Shown: positions 44,933-54,720 of the stretch, in pieces
Layout: the number at the start of each line of letters is the position of its first letter
How positions within the stretch are numbered: position 1 is the first letter of the stretch
DNA from: Parcubacteria group bacterium GW2011_GWA2_42_14
Lineage (GTDB): Bacteria > Patescibacteriota > Minisyncoccia > Sungbacterales > GWA2-42-14
Length of the DNA: 64,000 nucleotides
Direction of reading: 5' to 3'
NCBI GenBank assembly: GCA_000998135.1
Contig: LCCV01000004.1
Coordinates: forward strand, 85,681 to 149,680
The notes under the pieces: generated by a model
Database searches by the model: none
The model's input: only the letters and a program-made list of their open reading frames with translations
Told to the model about the DNA's origin: nothing
Position numbers and translations under genes: made by a program

Positions 44933-45462
44933 AACCCAATCCCTCGAACAGAAAAAGAAACTAAAAGATGGTAATACAGCGAAGAAACGGTGTCAGGTAC
45001 TCTTTTTGACTCCACAAAAAACCAATAAAACTATATTACACCACGCCAACAACATACTAACAAACTGGAGTTTGTTGGTATGTTGTGAAGTAAAAAAATT
45101 AACAAAATAAATTTATGGAAAAATAAGCCGAAGTCCGCGGCTGCGAAAAACAAATTGACCAGCTCGTCTATGGTTTGATAAACTCACCACAGGTAAACTC
45201 TACGGCCTCCCGCCTTCAATAAACTTTTGGCGGGCAGGCACCCCGGAGGAAATTAAAATTGTTGAAAATGAAAATAGATAATTTTAATCAGCAAAAATTA
45301 TGACCGGAAGCAATCAATATTTTTATGAAGATATTGAGACTGCCCATATAAAGTTCTTGCGCTTATTTTGAGTATAGCATATAATTTAAACCAAAGGTAC
45401 CCAAATATGGGTACCAATATGGCACAAACCATCAATATATCTATGGCGAATGTCATTTAATC

Positions 45463-46062
45463 ATGGAAAAATACTATATTTTAGACTTAATGAGATCCAA
45501 AAAGACTGTCTTCACTTTTAAAGACCTTATTTTGTTTTGGGGAAAATCTGACGTGAATTTTGTAAAGAAAAAAATTTACCGCTACGTGAAGGCGGGCAAA
45601 ATGAATTCTATCCGTAGAGGCATTTACTCCAAGGACAAGGACTATAATAAATACGAACTGGCTACAAAAATATATACACCCTCATATGTCAGCCTGGAGA
45701 CCGCGCTAGGCGCGTCCGGAGTTACTTTCCAGCTGTATGGTCAGATTTTTGTCGTATCATACACCACAAAGGAAATCGAGTGCGACGGACAGAAATATTC
45801 TTACAAAAAAATCAAAGATATCATTCTCACCAATCAAATCGGCATAGAGTCGAGGGAAAATTACAGCATTGCTTCGCCCGAACGCGCCTTTTTAGATGTT
45901 ATTTATCTTAACAAAGATTATCATTTTGATAATCTATCAGCTTTGAATTGGGAAAAAGTACGCGAAATTTTACCCATTTACGGCGGCAACAAACGAATGG
46001 CAAAAATGGTAAAAATGTACCACAAGGCGTTTTCCGCCGAAGTCACCAGTCCTTCGCAGTAG
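45463..46062 (+). CDS. AbiEi-family antitoxin/transcriptional regulator
   Basis: N-terminal AbiEi_4-like pattern (FTFKDLILFWGKSDVNFVKKKIYRYVKAGKMNSIRRGIYS). Positioned immediately upstream of the AbiEii gene. Confidence 0.55.
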   Translation: MEKYYILDLMRSKKTVFTFKDLILFWGKSDVNFVKKKIYRYVKAGKMNSIRRGIYSKDKDYNKYELATKIYTPSYVSLETALGASGVTFQLYGQIFVVSYTTKEIECDGQKYSYKKIKDIILTNQIGIESRENYSIASPERAFLDVIYLNKDYHFDNLSALNWEKVREILPIYGGNKRMAKMVKMYHKAFSAEVTSPSQ

Positions 46063-46127
46063 CTCTGCTACGGAGAATGGAGATCCGCCTCCGGCGGAAA
46101 GATTGCCAATTAGAAAATAATAACCGC

Positions 46128-46835
46128 ATGACTCTTAACACCGCAAAACATAAAAATATTCTTATAAAAATCCTCAAGGATATCTACACTGATCCTGCCA
46201 TCAGTCCTCTTTTGGGATTTAAGGGCGGTACAGCCGCTATATTTTTCTATAACCTTGACCGCTTTTCGATGGACTTGGATTTTGATTTGCTCAATTCAGA
46301 AAAGGAATACTTTGTGTTTGAACAAGTAAAAGCGGCCCTTGAAAATTACGGAAAATTAAAGCAGGTAAGAAAGAAAAGATTCAATCTTTTTTATATTCTT
46401 TCTTATGACGACAAAGACATTAATGCTCAAAATATTAAGGTGGAAATCAACCGCCGGGAATTTGGCTCAAAATATTCGGTGGAATCATTCCTCGGTATTT
46501 CTATGCAGGTAATGGTCAAAGAAGATATGGCCGCTCACAAACTTTGCGCCATGTATGAGCGAATCGGCAAAACCAACCGCGATATTTATGACGTACATTT
46601 TTTTCTTTCTCACGACTGGCCGGTTAATAAAAAGATTGTTGAGGACCGCATGGGAGTATCGTATGCGGAGTTTTTGAAAAAATGCATTGAGACAATGGAA
46701 AAGTTTGATGATAGCAACATTCTCTCCGGTATGGGTGAATTACTGTTGTCCGGGAAGCAAAAAGCGTGGGTAAAAGCAAAACTTAAGTCAGAAGTATTGT
46801 TCTTTCTGAAACTTGCTTTGGAAAAAGAAAAATAA
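46128..46835 (+). CDS. AbiEii/AbiGii-family nucleotidyltransferase toxin
   Basis: LLGFKGGTAAIFFYNLDRFSMDLDFDL matches the AbiEii signature (GGTAL…RFSEDIDF). Start ATG at 46128 chosen (MTLNTAKHK). Confidence 0.7.
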   Translation: MTLNTAKHKNILIKILKDIYTDPAISPLLGFKGGTAAIFFYNLDRFSMDLDFDLLNSEKEYFVFEQVKAALENYGKLKQVRKKRFNLFYILSYDDKDINAQNIKVEINRREFGSKYSVESFLGISMQVMVKEDMAAHKLCAMYERIGKTNRDIYDVHFFLSHDWPVNKKIVEDRMGVSYAEFLKKCIETMEKFDDSNILSGMGELLLSGKQKAWVKAKLKSEVLFFLKLALEKEK

Positions 46836-46853
46836 ACTCGCATACACTTATAT

Positions 46854-47987
46854 ATGTCAGAAGACACCGATAAAATTTTTGGGAATACGGAAGCAGAAGA
46901 ACTTTTGGGGAAAGCGGCTGATTTGTTTTACGAAAATAAATACGAGGCGGCCGAAACCGTGCTCAAGGAAGTTATCGAAAAATTCCCTGAATTTTTTCCC
47001 GGGTGGGCCGCCTCCGGAGATTTTTATTTGAATGTCGGCCGGCCGGATAAGGCTCTGGCTCCATTGCGAAAAGCGGTTCGGCTTTCATTCTACGAAGGCA
47101 TTGGCCATTATCTTTTGGGCGCGGCGTATATTAAAGTCGCTCGATTTCATCTGGCGGAACGGGAACTGGAAGCGGCCGAGAAACTGCTCGAGGAAAAAGC
47201 CGACGTAAAAGCGCATTTGGGCCGGGCTAAATTTATGCTGGGAAAAATTGAAGAGGGCCGGAAGCTAATTGCCGAAGCCGTGAATGATGACCCGGACAAT
47301 TCTTTTATCCGCTGCGATTTAGCTCAAACTTACGTAGCTGAAAAAAATTTTACCGAGGCCTTGCGCTTGGCCGAAAATATTTCTTCTGACGACCCTTTCT
47401 TTAAAAAAAATGCCGCTTTTATCCGCAAACTTAAGGAGGACTTTGACCGATTAACTCCGGAAGAACAAGAAAAAAACCGAGAAGAATCGCTTAGCGGTAA
47501 AGCAGGGCAGAAGATGAGGATTGAAATGCTTTTGGGGCTGGCGGACGCGGGCGAAGGACTAACCAAAGAAGATATGGCCGAAATCACCGAGGAAATGCGC
47601 CTTTTCGGACTTACCGGACAAATAACTATGATGAAGGATGAAAATGACCCCAAAAGCAAAGATGTTTTGGAGTTTATAAAAATGCATGAGGAGTTGGGAT
47701 TGGGAATGGGAAATAAGGTTAAAAAATTTTCTTCTGCCGAGATTCGCGAATTAACGGATGCGCTTTTGGAAGATACGCCCGTTTTGGAGAAGAAAAAAAC
47801 GCTGGTTAAGCTCGCGAGTTCCGGCCATAAAAAAGCGCTGGGAACGCTTAAACGTTTTTGCGAAAATCCGCGGCCCGGGGAACTTAAATTTTGGGCTGAA
47901 CTTGCCTATGACGAATGCCGCCTTATCAATTCCGGCGTTTCCGAAACAGAACCCCCGGTTATTTTCCGAAATTTGGAAGAAAATTAG
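46854..47987 (+). CDS. TPR-repeat protein
   Basis: Several TPR-like units (AETVLKEVIEKFPEFFPGWAASGDFYLNVG…, GHYLLGAAYIKVARFHLAEREL…). Confidence 0.5.
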   Translation: MSEDTDKIFGNTEAEELLGKAADLFYENKYEAAETVLKEVIEKFPEFFPGWAASGDFYLNVGRPDKALAPLRKAVRLSFYEGIGHYLLGAAYIKVARFHLAERELEAAEKLLEEKADVKAHLGRAKFMLGKIEEGRKLIAEAVNDDPDNSFIRCDLAQTYVAEKNFTEALRLAENISSDDPFFKKNAAFIRKLKEDFDRLTPEEQEKNREESLSGKAGQKMRIEMLLGLADAGEGLTKEDMAEITEEMRLFGLTGQITMMKDENDPKSKDVLEFIKMHEELGLGMGNKVKKFSSAEIRELTDALLEDTPVLEKKKTLVKLASSGHKKALGTLKRFCENPRPGELKFWAELAYDECRLINSGVSETEPPVIFRNLEEN

Positions 47988-48120
47988 GAGAATGGTTCGA
48001 CAAACTTACCGCACGTTAGGAAAATAACATACCAGCAATCTTGCTTGTCCGCCTTTGGAGGGAGAATGTTGGTATGTTGCAGACCGCGTTAACGGCGGGC
48101 GGGCAAAACTTAAAAAATCT

Positions 48121-49374
48121 ATGAAATTATTTTATTCATTCAAAACGGCGGCTGGGGGGTTGGGCAGAAATAAATCCCGAAGCGTTTTAACGCTTTTAGG
48201 AATTGTTATCGGCATTGCCTCAATTATAACCGTAATGTCTGTTGGAGAAGGCGCTAAAAATTTGATTTTGGGGCAAATTCAGGGGTTGGGTTCCAAAACC
48301 ATAGCTGTTATTCCTGGACGTCAACCGCGGGGTCCTACTGATATCGCCGCTCTTCTTCTTGATTCGTTAAAGGAGAAGGACTTGAATAGTTTGCGTAAAC
48401 GGGAGAATGTGCCCTATGCGGCGGACGTTATGCCAGTAGTATTTGGACCAATACGGCTTGCCTATGAAGGGGAAACGTATCAGACGACCATGCTTGGCGG
48501 CGGGAGCACCGATACCAATGATATTCTCGGAAAAGTATTTGACGTATATCCTGAAAAAGGTCGTTTCTTTAGCGTTGAGGAGGTAAATTCAAAAGCCAGC
48601 GTTGCGACTATAGGTGATAAAATCCGCAGAGAACTTTTTGGTTTTACAGATCCTTTAGGTAAAATACTCAAAGTTAATGGGCTAAATTTTCGAGTCGTGG
48701 GTGTATTGGCTCCTAAGGGGCAGGTTTCCTTTTTTAATTTCGACGATACGCTTTTAGTGCCGTATACTACTGCCCAGCAGTATATTTTAGGACGTAAACA
48801 CTTTGATCGAATAATCGTAGTCGCAAAATCCGACGAAACCGTAGAGACAACGGTAGGAGATATCGCGGTTACTTTGCGCATAAACCACGGAATTACGGAC
48901 CCGTCTAAAGACGATTTTTTCATCCAGACCCAGGCTGATCTTGCTGATCGCTTAGGAACAGTGACTAGTATTTTGACAATACTTCTTACTTCAGTTGCGG
49001 GTATATCGCTTTTGGTCGGAGGCATTGGTATTATGAATATAATGCTCGTATCGGTTACCGAGAGGACGCGTGAAATCGGCTTGAGAAAAGCCATCGGTGC
49101 TACTAACCGAAATATATTAACACAGTTTCTTCTGGAAGCGGTCATGCTGACTATCGGAGGAGGGGTTATCGGAATAATTTTGGGACTTTCTTTATCGTTT
49201 TCGGCTTCGTTCATACTGGGGCAGTATCTTGGCGTTGATTGGGGTTTTACCATTCCTTTGAACGCGATAATTATCGGGCTCGGCCTTTCGGCGTTTGTCG
49301 GAATAGTTTTCGGAACTTATCCGGCCCGCCAAGCTTCATTGAAGAGTCCGATTGAAGCTTTGCGGTATGAATAA
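48121..49374 (+). CDS. MacB/FtsX-type ABC transporter permease
   Basis: N-terminal transmembrane segment. Large periplasmic MacB_PCD-like domain. C-terminal FtsX 3-transmembrane bundle (LLVGGIGIMNIMLVSVTERTREIGLRKAIGAT). Start ATG at 48121 (MKLFYSF) preferred. Confidence 0.75.
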   Translation: MKLFYSFKTAAGGLGRNKSRSVLTLLGIVIGIASIITVMSVGEGAKNLILGQIQGLGSKTIAVIPGRQPRGPTDIAALLLDSLKEKDLNSLRKRENVPYAADVMPVVFGPIRLAYEGETYQTTMLGGGSTDTNDILGKVFDVYPEKGRFFSVEEVNSKASVATIGDKIRRELFGFTDPLGKILKVNGLNFRVVGVLAPKGQVSFFNFDDTLLVPYTTAQQYILGRKHFDRIIVVAKSDETVETTVGDIAVTLRINHGITDPSKDDFFIQTQADLADRLGTVTSILTILLTSVAGISLLVGGIGIMNIMLVSVTERTREIGLRKAIGATNRNILTQFLLEAVMLTIGGGVIGIILGLSLSFSASFILGQYLGVDWGFTIPLNAIIIGLGLSAFVGIVFGTYPARQASLKSPIEALRYE

Positions 49375-49400
49375 CCTTGAATTAAAATAGTAAAAGTTTA

Positions 49401-49483
49401 TTCTTCGAGATTGTCGATGTTTCAACAAGCTCACCACAGGGAAGTTATAATTGTAAGGTTCTCGACAAGCTCGAACAATAAAT
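49401..49483. repeat. modular repeat family H (ttcttcgag…caagctcaccacagg…tgtaaggttctcgacaagctcgaacaataaa)
   Basis: Shares a 30-nt 3' block with 60721-60788. Contains the cgacaagctc core common to families C and D. Confidence 0.6.
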
Positions 49484-49490
49484 TTTGTAA

Positions 49491-50012
49491 TTGAAAGTGG
49501 ATAATTTTAAACAGACAACAGAAATATCAGCTTCGTATCTTCGAAATTTTGTTTTCGGGGTTGAAGATAGCTTGGTTTCAACCGCGGGGCTTCTTTCGGG
49601 TATTGCTATTACGGGGATGCCGAGAAATAGTATTTTTGTTGCCGGAATTGTTCTTATTTTTGTGGAGGCCTTTTCCATGGCTGTCGGCAGTTTTCTTTCC
49701 GAACGCTCGGCCGCCGAATATATTGAAAAGAAAGAGGTTTCTGCTTCTGACTCGGTTCTTGACGGAATAATAATGTTTTTTTCTTATTTTATTTCAGGTT
49801 TTATTCCTTTGTTTCCTTATATTATAATGAATACTGAAAACGCCTTTTGGTTTTCAATCGTACTTTCTCTTATTGCCCTCTTTCTTTTAGGCGTTGTGGG
49901 AGCAAAAATTTCCGGCCGGAATATTTTTAAAAGCGGTTTTCGCATGGCCATTATCGGCGGAATCGCGATTGGTGTGGGAATAACCGTAGGCCGTATGGTT
50001 AATAATTTATGA
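49491..50012 (+). CDS. VIT1/CCC1-family iron/manganese transporter
   Basis: VEDSLVSTAGLLSGIAITG…VEAFSMAVGSFLSERSAAEY and a C-terminal glycine-rich transmembrane segment (AIIGGIAIGVGITVG) typical of the VIT family. Confidence 0.6.
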   Translation: MKVDNFKQTTEISASYLRNFVFGVEDSLVSTAGLLSGIAITGMPRNSIFVAGIVLIFVEAFSMAVGSFLSERSAAEYIEKKEVSASDSVLDGIIMFFSYFISGFIPLFPYIIMNTENAFWFSIVLSLIALFLLGVVGAKISGRNIFKSGFRMAIIGGIAIGVGITVGRMVNNL

Positions 50013-50163
50013 AGTTTCCGGACCGTTCAGAAACCGTTATTTTGAGTGTTAACAAAGAGTCGGGTTACCACCTAGACCGGATTCTTCGCGAATGGCCGGC
50101 TATAGGGAATGGCTGAAATGAGTCCCTTTGCATACAGTATAGTTGATGTAGTATTCTTAAAGT

Positions 50164-50973
50164 ATGAAACCAAATAAATTACAACAGGTCGCGCTGGCGG
50201 TTTTTTCGCTAGCCGGTACCGCCCTAATGGGCTATCTTCTCTCGCTCAAGTTCTTTTCTAAAGCCTCGTCGTTTTGCGAGCTGGGCGAAGGTTTTTCGTG
50301 CGACCTTGTCAACCAGAGTATCTACTCGGAAATTTTCGGAATTCCCGTATCACTCCTGGGCCTGCTTTATTTTCTCGGGGTGCTGGTTGCGGTTTTGTGG
50401 CGGTATAATGAGACTACGCTAAAATCCATTCTCTTTTTTTCCATCGTATTTTTAGGGCCGTCGCTTTACCTAAGTTATATTGAATTTTTTGTGTTAAAGA
50501 GTATCTGCGTTTTTTGTGAAGCATCAAAAGTTTTGATACTTGCCGTAATTGCCGTATCCGGATACGCACTAAGAGGGAGGACCGGCAGGCAGTTCGTGAT
50601 ATCGGCTATGGCAGTTGGACTTGTTTTTGCCGGAGTCACTTATTTTATTCATGCTAACGCCGGACCCGGGGAAAAATATAACGCTCTGGCTCAGTGCCTT
50701 GATGAGAAAGGGTACAAAGTGTACGGCTCCATAACTTGCGCGTCGTGCGCGAGACAAAGAGCCATGTTCGGCGATGCGTATAAATTCATAGAGGAGATTG
50801 AGTGCGATCCGCGAAATCCGCATAATGTCGTGGAACTCTGTATTGCCAAAAACATAAAAAAGACACCTACATGGATTCAGGAGGATGAAGCCGGAGGCGA
50901 GCTTTACCGGTTTGAGGCAGGCATAGTGTCTCTGGAGAATCTCTCCCGCGTGTCAGGGTGTTCACTGGAGTAA
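50164..50973 (+). CDS. VKOR-domain / thioredoxin-like-domain fusion protein
   Basis: N-terminal VKOR features (loop Cys pair FCELGEGFSC, transmembrane CVFC). C-terminal Trx-like domain with CASC. Confidence 0.6.
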   Translation: MKPNKLQQVALAVFSLAGTALMGYLLSLKFFSKASSFCELGEGFSCDLVNQSIYSEIFGIPVSLLGLLYFLGVLVAVLWRYNETTLKSILFFSIVFLGPSLYLSYIEFFVLKSICVFCEASKVLILAVIAVSGYALRGRTGRQFVISAMAVGLVFAGVTYFIHANAGPGEKYNALAQCLDEKGYKVYGSITCASCARQRAMFGDAYKFIEEIECDPRNPHNVVELCIAKNIKKTPTWIQEDEAGGELYRFEAGIVSLENLSRVSGCSLE

Positions 50974-51056
50974 ATTTAAGTTAAGGCGAAGTTGTGAAGA
51001 CCGGCCCTGAATTTAGGTGCGCCCCTCAATAATTTCAAGGAGTAAAATAAAATCTT

Positions 51057-51773
51057 ATGGCTATAGATAATTTAACCATCCCCATTATCGTCAGCGCGGC
51101 ACTGGTTGACAGCATCAACCCCTGCGTTTTAGGCGTGCTTATTTTTTTGCTGGCATTCATGACTAGCGCTTTCCGCAGCCGGACGCGGATGCTTCTCGGA
51201 GGGCTTTTCTATAGTTTGGTGGTATACGTTACTTATCTTGCGCTCGGTTTAGGAATTTTGAGGATAACCGTGTCCATCGGGGTTTCCACCGCTTTCTACT
51301 GGGTGGCCGCCCTGGTGGCTATTGCGGCCGGGCTTTTTGAAATAAAAGATTTTTTCTGGTACGGAAAGGGGTTTTCTTTGCAGATGATTCCCGGAGCGTC
51401 AGAACGCATCAAGTATTACACCTCGAGAATCGCGGCAATTCAGGAAAATCGTCCCGGCTTGAGCTTGCTTTTTATCGGTCTCTTGGGGGTTTTTGTCGTT
51501 TTGGTGGAATTGCCCTGCACCGGAGCGCCGTATTTTGCGGTTTTGGCCCTGTTGGCCAAAGGAGCGTATGCAGATGCGGTTCCCTTTTTGCTTCTGTATA
51601 ATTTTATTTTTGTGCTTCCGTTGCTCGCGGTGGTCGCGGTCGCTTATTTTGGAACCTCATCCGAACAAATGGAGGAATGGCGTAAGCGCCATCGGGGTCT
51701 TATGCGATTGGTTATAGGAACTTTTCTCATTGCTCTGGGTGTTTTCATGCTTTACTCGATTCAAGGGTTTTAA
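51057..51773 (+). CDS. CcdA/DsbD-transmembrane-domain family protein
   Basis: DSINPCVLGVLIF and ELPCTGAPYF Cys motifs. 6 transmembrane segments. Paralog of 28087-28878. Confidence 0.6.
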   Translation: MAIDNLTIPIIVSAALVDSINPCVLGVLIFLLAFMTSAFRSRTRMLLGGLFYSLVVYVTYLALGLGILRITVSIGVSTAFYWVAALVAIAAGLFEIKDFFWYGKGFSLQMIPGASERIKYYTSRIAAIQENRPGLSLLFIGLLGVFVVLVELPCTGAPYFAVLALLAKGAYADAVPFLLLYNFIFVLPLLAVVAVAYFGTSSEQMEEWRKRHRGLMRLVIGTFLIALGVFMLYSIQGF

Positions 51774-51785
51774 TCGGAATATTTT

Positions 51786-51866
51786 GCGTCTGTTTAGCGT
51801 TTGGTTTCGCGTCAGTTTAGCGCTACTGCGCCTTTATCGTGAAACAGACGCGAAACTATACGCGAA
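51786..51866. promoter_or_regulatory. direct + inverted repeat cluster gcgtcTgtttagcg / gcgtcAgtttagcg / aaacagacgc upstream of P-type ATPase
   Basis: Two direct 14-mers 23 nt apart, plus an inverted partial copy. Candidate operator. Confidence 0.4.
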
Positions 51867-51878
51867 AATAGGATAAAA

Positions 51879-54497
51879 TTGATTACCCCAAGGTTAAATG
51901 CCAAATGGCACGAACTCCCGATTAAGGATTTGCTGCAGGAATTCGGGTCCAATTTAGAAACCGGACTGGCGGATGACGAGGTCGGGCGAAGGCGGGCAGA
52001 GTTCGGACCGAACGAACTTCCGAAAGGAAAAAAGCTCCACTGGTGGGAGTTTTTTTTCCGACAGTTCAAAAATCCACTTATTTTCATTTTGCTCGCGGCC
52101 GGAGCGATTACTTGGTGGCTTGCCGAGTATCTGGATACCATTGTCATATTTCTCGCGGTGCTGGTGAATGTTGCTATCGGATTTTGGCAGGAATTCCGGT
52201 CCAACCGCATTTTTGAAAAACTTCAGGCGATTGTGGCGGTGCGTTCGCGCGTGCGCAGAGACGGTAAAATGCGGGAGATCAACGCGAAAGACCTTGTTCC
52301 CGGCGACATAATTCTCCTTTACGCGGGAGTGAAGGTTCCGGCTGATGCCCGGATTCTTGAAGCGCGGCGATTGGAAGTGAATGAGGCGCTTCTTACCGGA
52401 GAATCTCTTCCGGTCAAGAAGACGGTTTTGGATCTTTCCGGTAGAACGGCGCTCGCCGATAGAAAAAATATGGTTCATGCGGGAACTGTGGTGGAGCAGG
52501 GTGAGTGTATTGCTCTGGTGGTAGCAATCGGAGAGAATACGGAACTCGGCGAGATCGCTCGCCTTACCGCCTCGGTGGAGGAGGAGTCCACCCCGCTTCA
52601 GGAGCGTTTGGCGCGCCTCGGTAAAATCATCGCGGGTTTTGTTCTGGCCGCGGCGTTTTTCGTAATCCTCGTCGGAGTTTGGGAGGGAAGAGCATTTGTG
52701 GAGATGTTTACGGTAGGAGTCGCGGTGGCGGTTGCCGCGATCCCCGAAGGGCTTCCTGCCGCACTCTCGGTGGTGCTCGCCGTAGCTTCGCAAAGGATTT
52801 TTGGACGAAAGGGACTGGTTAAAACTCTCATTGGTGCCGAAACTCTCGGCTCCACAACCGTAATTTGTACGGATAAGACCGGAACTCTTACCGAAGGAAT
52901 CATGCAGGTGGAGAAGCTCGTTGAAGCCAAGGACCCTAAACGTAGCGCTTTAGCACTCGCACTCGCGAACGAAGCGGCCGTCATGGACCGGGGAGATATC
53001 AGGGGAGAAGCAACCGATTGCGCGAAGCTTAAATATTTTTTGGAAGAGGGCGGGGGTAATCTTGACGAAGCGCTCAAGGAATACCCGCGCCTGGCCATAC
53101 TCCCGTTTGACGCGGACGAAAAATATATCGCGTCGTTCCACGGAGGAAAAGAGCGCCTGATAAACCTATTTGTCACGGGCGCTCCGGAAATTCTTATTGA
53201 ACGTTCGACTCTGTCGGAGCGGGAAAAAGGGCGAATGCGGGAGATAGTGGATTCTTTTGCCGCCCGGGGATACCGGATGATTGCTACGGCCGAGCGCGGT
53301 ATTGTGCGCAGTGCCTCGCGGATAGATCCGGATGACATCGCTGGGCTTCGTCGGGAGGTAGGAGGGCTCTTGCTTTCCGGACTTGCGGCAGTCCGCGATC
53401 CGGCGCGCCCCGACGTAAAAGAATCTTTGAAAATCACGCGCCAAGCGGGCATTCGCGTCCTTATGGTAACCGGGGACCATAAGCTTACGGCGCGCGCCAT
53501 CGGCCAGGATTTGGGATTCAGTGCTGATCCGTCGGCTCTTATTGACGGCCCGGAATTGGATCAATTGTCGGATGAGGAATTCGCCCGACGGATCCGGAGC
53601 GTGGAAATATTTTCGCGCGCTTCCCCTAGGCACAAGATGCGGATTATAAACGTCTTAAGGATAGAGGGACATGTGACGGCCATGACCGGGGACGGCGTAA
53701 ACGACGCTCCGGCTCTTAAGGCGGCGGATGTCGGGGTCTCGGTCGGCGACGGAGCGGACGTTACCAAAGAGGCGGCGGACCTTGTGCTTTTGGATGACTC
53801 GTTCTCGACCATTACCTCGGCCATCCGCGAAGGCAGGATCGCTTTTGATAACATGCGCAAAGTCGCCGTTTTCCTGCTGATGGGTTCCTTTACTGAATTT
53901 ATTCTCGTCGTAACGTCGCTCGTCTTGGGAATCCCGCTTCCCGTAACCGCGGTGCAGATTCTCTGGGCGAATATTATTGAGGACGGGTTTCCTAATTTTG
54001 CTTTGGCTTTTGAGCCCGGCGAGAAGGATATCATGGAGCGCCGGCCATTTAAACGTAAAGAGCCGATACTTGATCGGCTCGGAATGGCTTTTGTATTTAT
54101 TCAGGGGATCCTTACCGACCTTATTTTGGTGGGAGTATTCCTCTGGCTCTTCTATAATTCTTCCTACACCCTCGAACATCTCCGGACTATTATACTTGCC
54201 GCTCTTACTACTGATGCGCTTCTTTTGGTCTTTGTCCTTAAAAATCTGCGCGAGCCGCTGTATAAAATCGAGTTTTTCAGCAATTACTATCTTCTTTTGG
54301 CTGTTATTTTGGGATTTACCGCGATGTTTGCGGCAATTTACGCTCCGCCTCTTCAGTGGCTTCTCGGCACCGTTCCTTTAAGCGCGGGGGATATAGCGCT
54401 CGTCCTCGGCATGGGTCTTTTGGAGGTGGGGCTCGCCGAGGGTATCAAATGGTGGTTCAGACGCGGTGGATATTTTAGGGTGCAAACAGCTTCTTAA
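51879..54497 (+). CDS. cation-transporting P-type ATPase (type IIA-like, Ca2+/Mg2+-ATPase family)
   Basis: N-terminal cation-ATPase-N-like region. TGES. ICTDKTGTLTEG. MTGDGVNDAPALKAADVGVSVG. 10 transmembrane layout. 872 aa. TTG start at 51879. Confidence 0.8.
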   Translation: MITPRLNAKWHELPIKDLLQEFGSNLETGLADDEVGRRRAEFGPNELPKGKKLHWWEFFFRQFKNPLIFILLAAGAITWWLAEYLDTIVIFLAVLVNVAIGFWQEFRSNRIFEKLQAIVAVRSRVRRDGKMREINAKDLVPGDIILLYAGVKVPADARILEARRLEVNEALLTGESLPVKKTVLDLSGRTALADRKNMVHAGTVVEQGECIALVVAIGENTELGEIARLTASVEEESTPLQERLARLGKIIAGFVLAAAFFVILVGVWEGRAFVEMFTVGVAVAVAAIPEGLPAALSVVLAVASQRIFGRKGLVKTLIGAETLGSTTVICTDKTGTLTEGIMQVEKLVEAKDPKRSALALALANEAAVMDRGDIRGEATDCAKLKYFLEEGGGNLDEALKEYPRLAILPFDADEKYIASFHGGKERLINLFVTGAPEILIERSTLSEREKGRMREIVDSFAARGYRMIATAERGIVRSASRIDPDDIAGLRREVGGLLLSGLAAVRDPARPDVKESLKITRQAGIRVLMVTGDHKLTARAIGQDLGFSADPSALIDGPELDQLSDEEFARRIRSVEIFSRASPRHKMRIINVLRIEGHVTAMTGDGVNDAPALKAADVGVSVGDGADVTKEAADLVLLDDSFSTITSAIREGRIAFDNMRKVAVFLLMGSFTEFILVVTSLVLGIPLPVTAVQILWANIIEDGFPNFALAFEPGEKDIMERRPFKRKEPILDRLGMAFVFIQGILTDLILVGVFLWLFYNSSYTLEHLRTIILAALTTDALLLVFVLKNLREPLYKIEFFSNYYLLLAVILGFTAMFAAIYAPPLQWLLGTVPLSAGDIALVLGMGLLEVGLAEGIKWWFRRGGYFRVQTAS

Positions 54498-54521
54498 ACA
54501 GATATAATATATATGAATGGC

Positions 54522-54667
54522 GACCCCGCTCCAATTTTGCGGGATATTCTGGGGCAAGCCGCTTCGCCCGACGAGGGTTGTCCTATGCGGACACGCGGCT
54601 TGCGAGAGGATATGGCTATAGGGCGAAGGAAGCCAAGTTAAAATATAGGCAAAATTGGAGCGGGGTG
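54522..54667 (+). ncRNA. candidate structured RNA / long imperfect palindrome (19-bp closing helix, nested 9-bp helix)
   Basis: gaccccgctccaattttgc (54522-54540) pairs with gcaaaattggagcggggtg (54649-54667). An internal gcaagccgc / gcggcttgc helix. Lies between the ATPase and the small Cys-rich ORF. Confidence 0.35.
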
Positions 54668-54720
54668 CTCATATTTATACCTAAAATTTGTTCGCCCGCT
54701 GCTCCAAATTTTAGACAAAT

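Noticed and set aside
48480-49253. 257-aa minus-strand ORF inside the MacB-type permease gene
   Set aside because: It is antisense to a gene with clear FtsX/MacB features and has no recognisable motifs.
51954-54179. Long minus-strand ORFs (279, 300, 155, 174 aa) overlapping the Ca-type P-type ATPase
   Set aside because: They are contained within a strongly supported 872-aa ATPase gene with all catalytic motifs. The composition is Arg/Ser-rich antisense junk.
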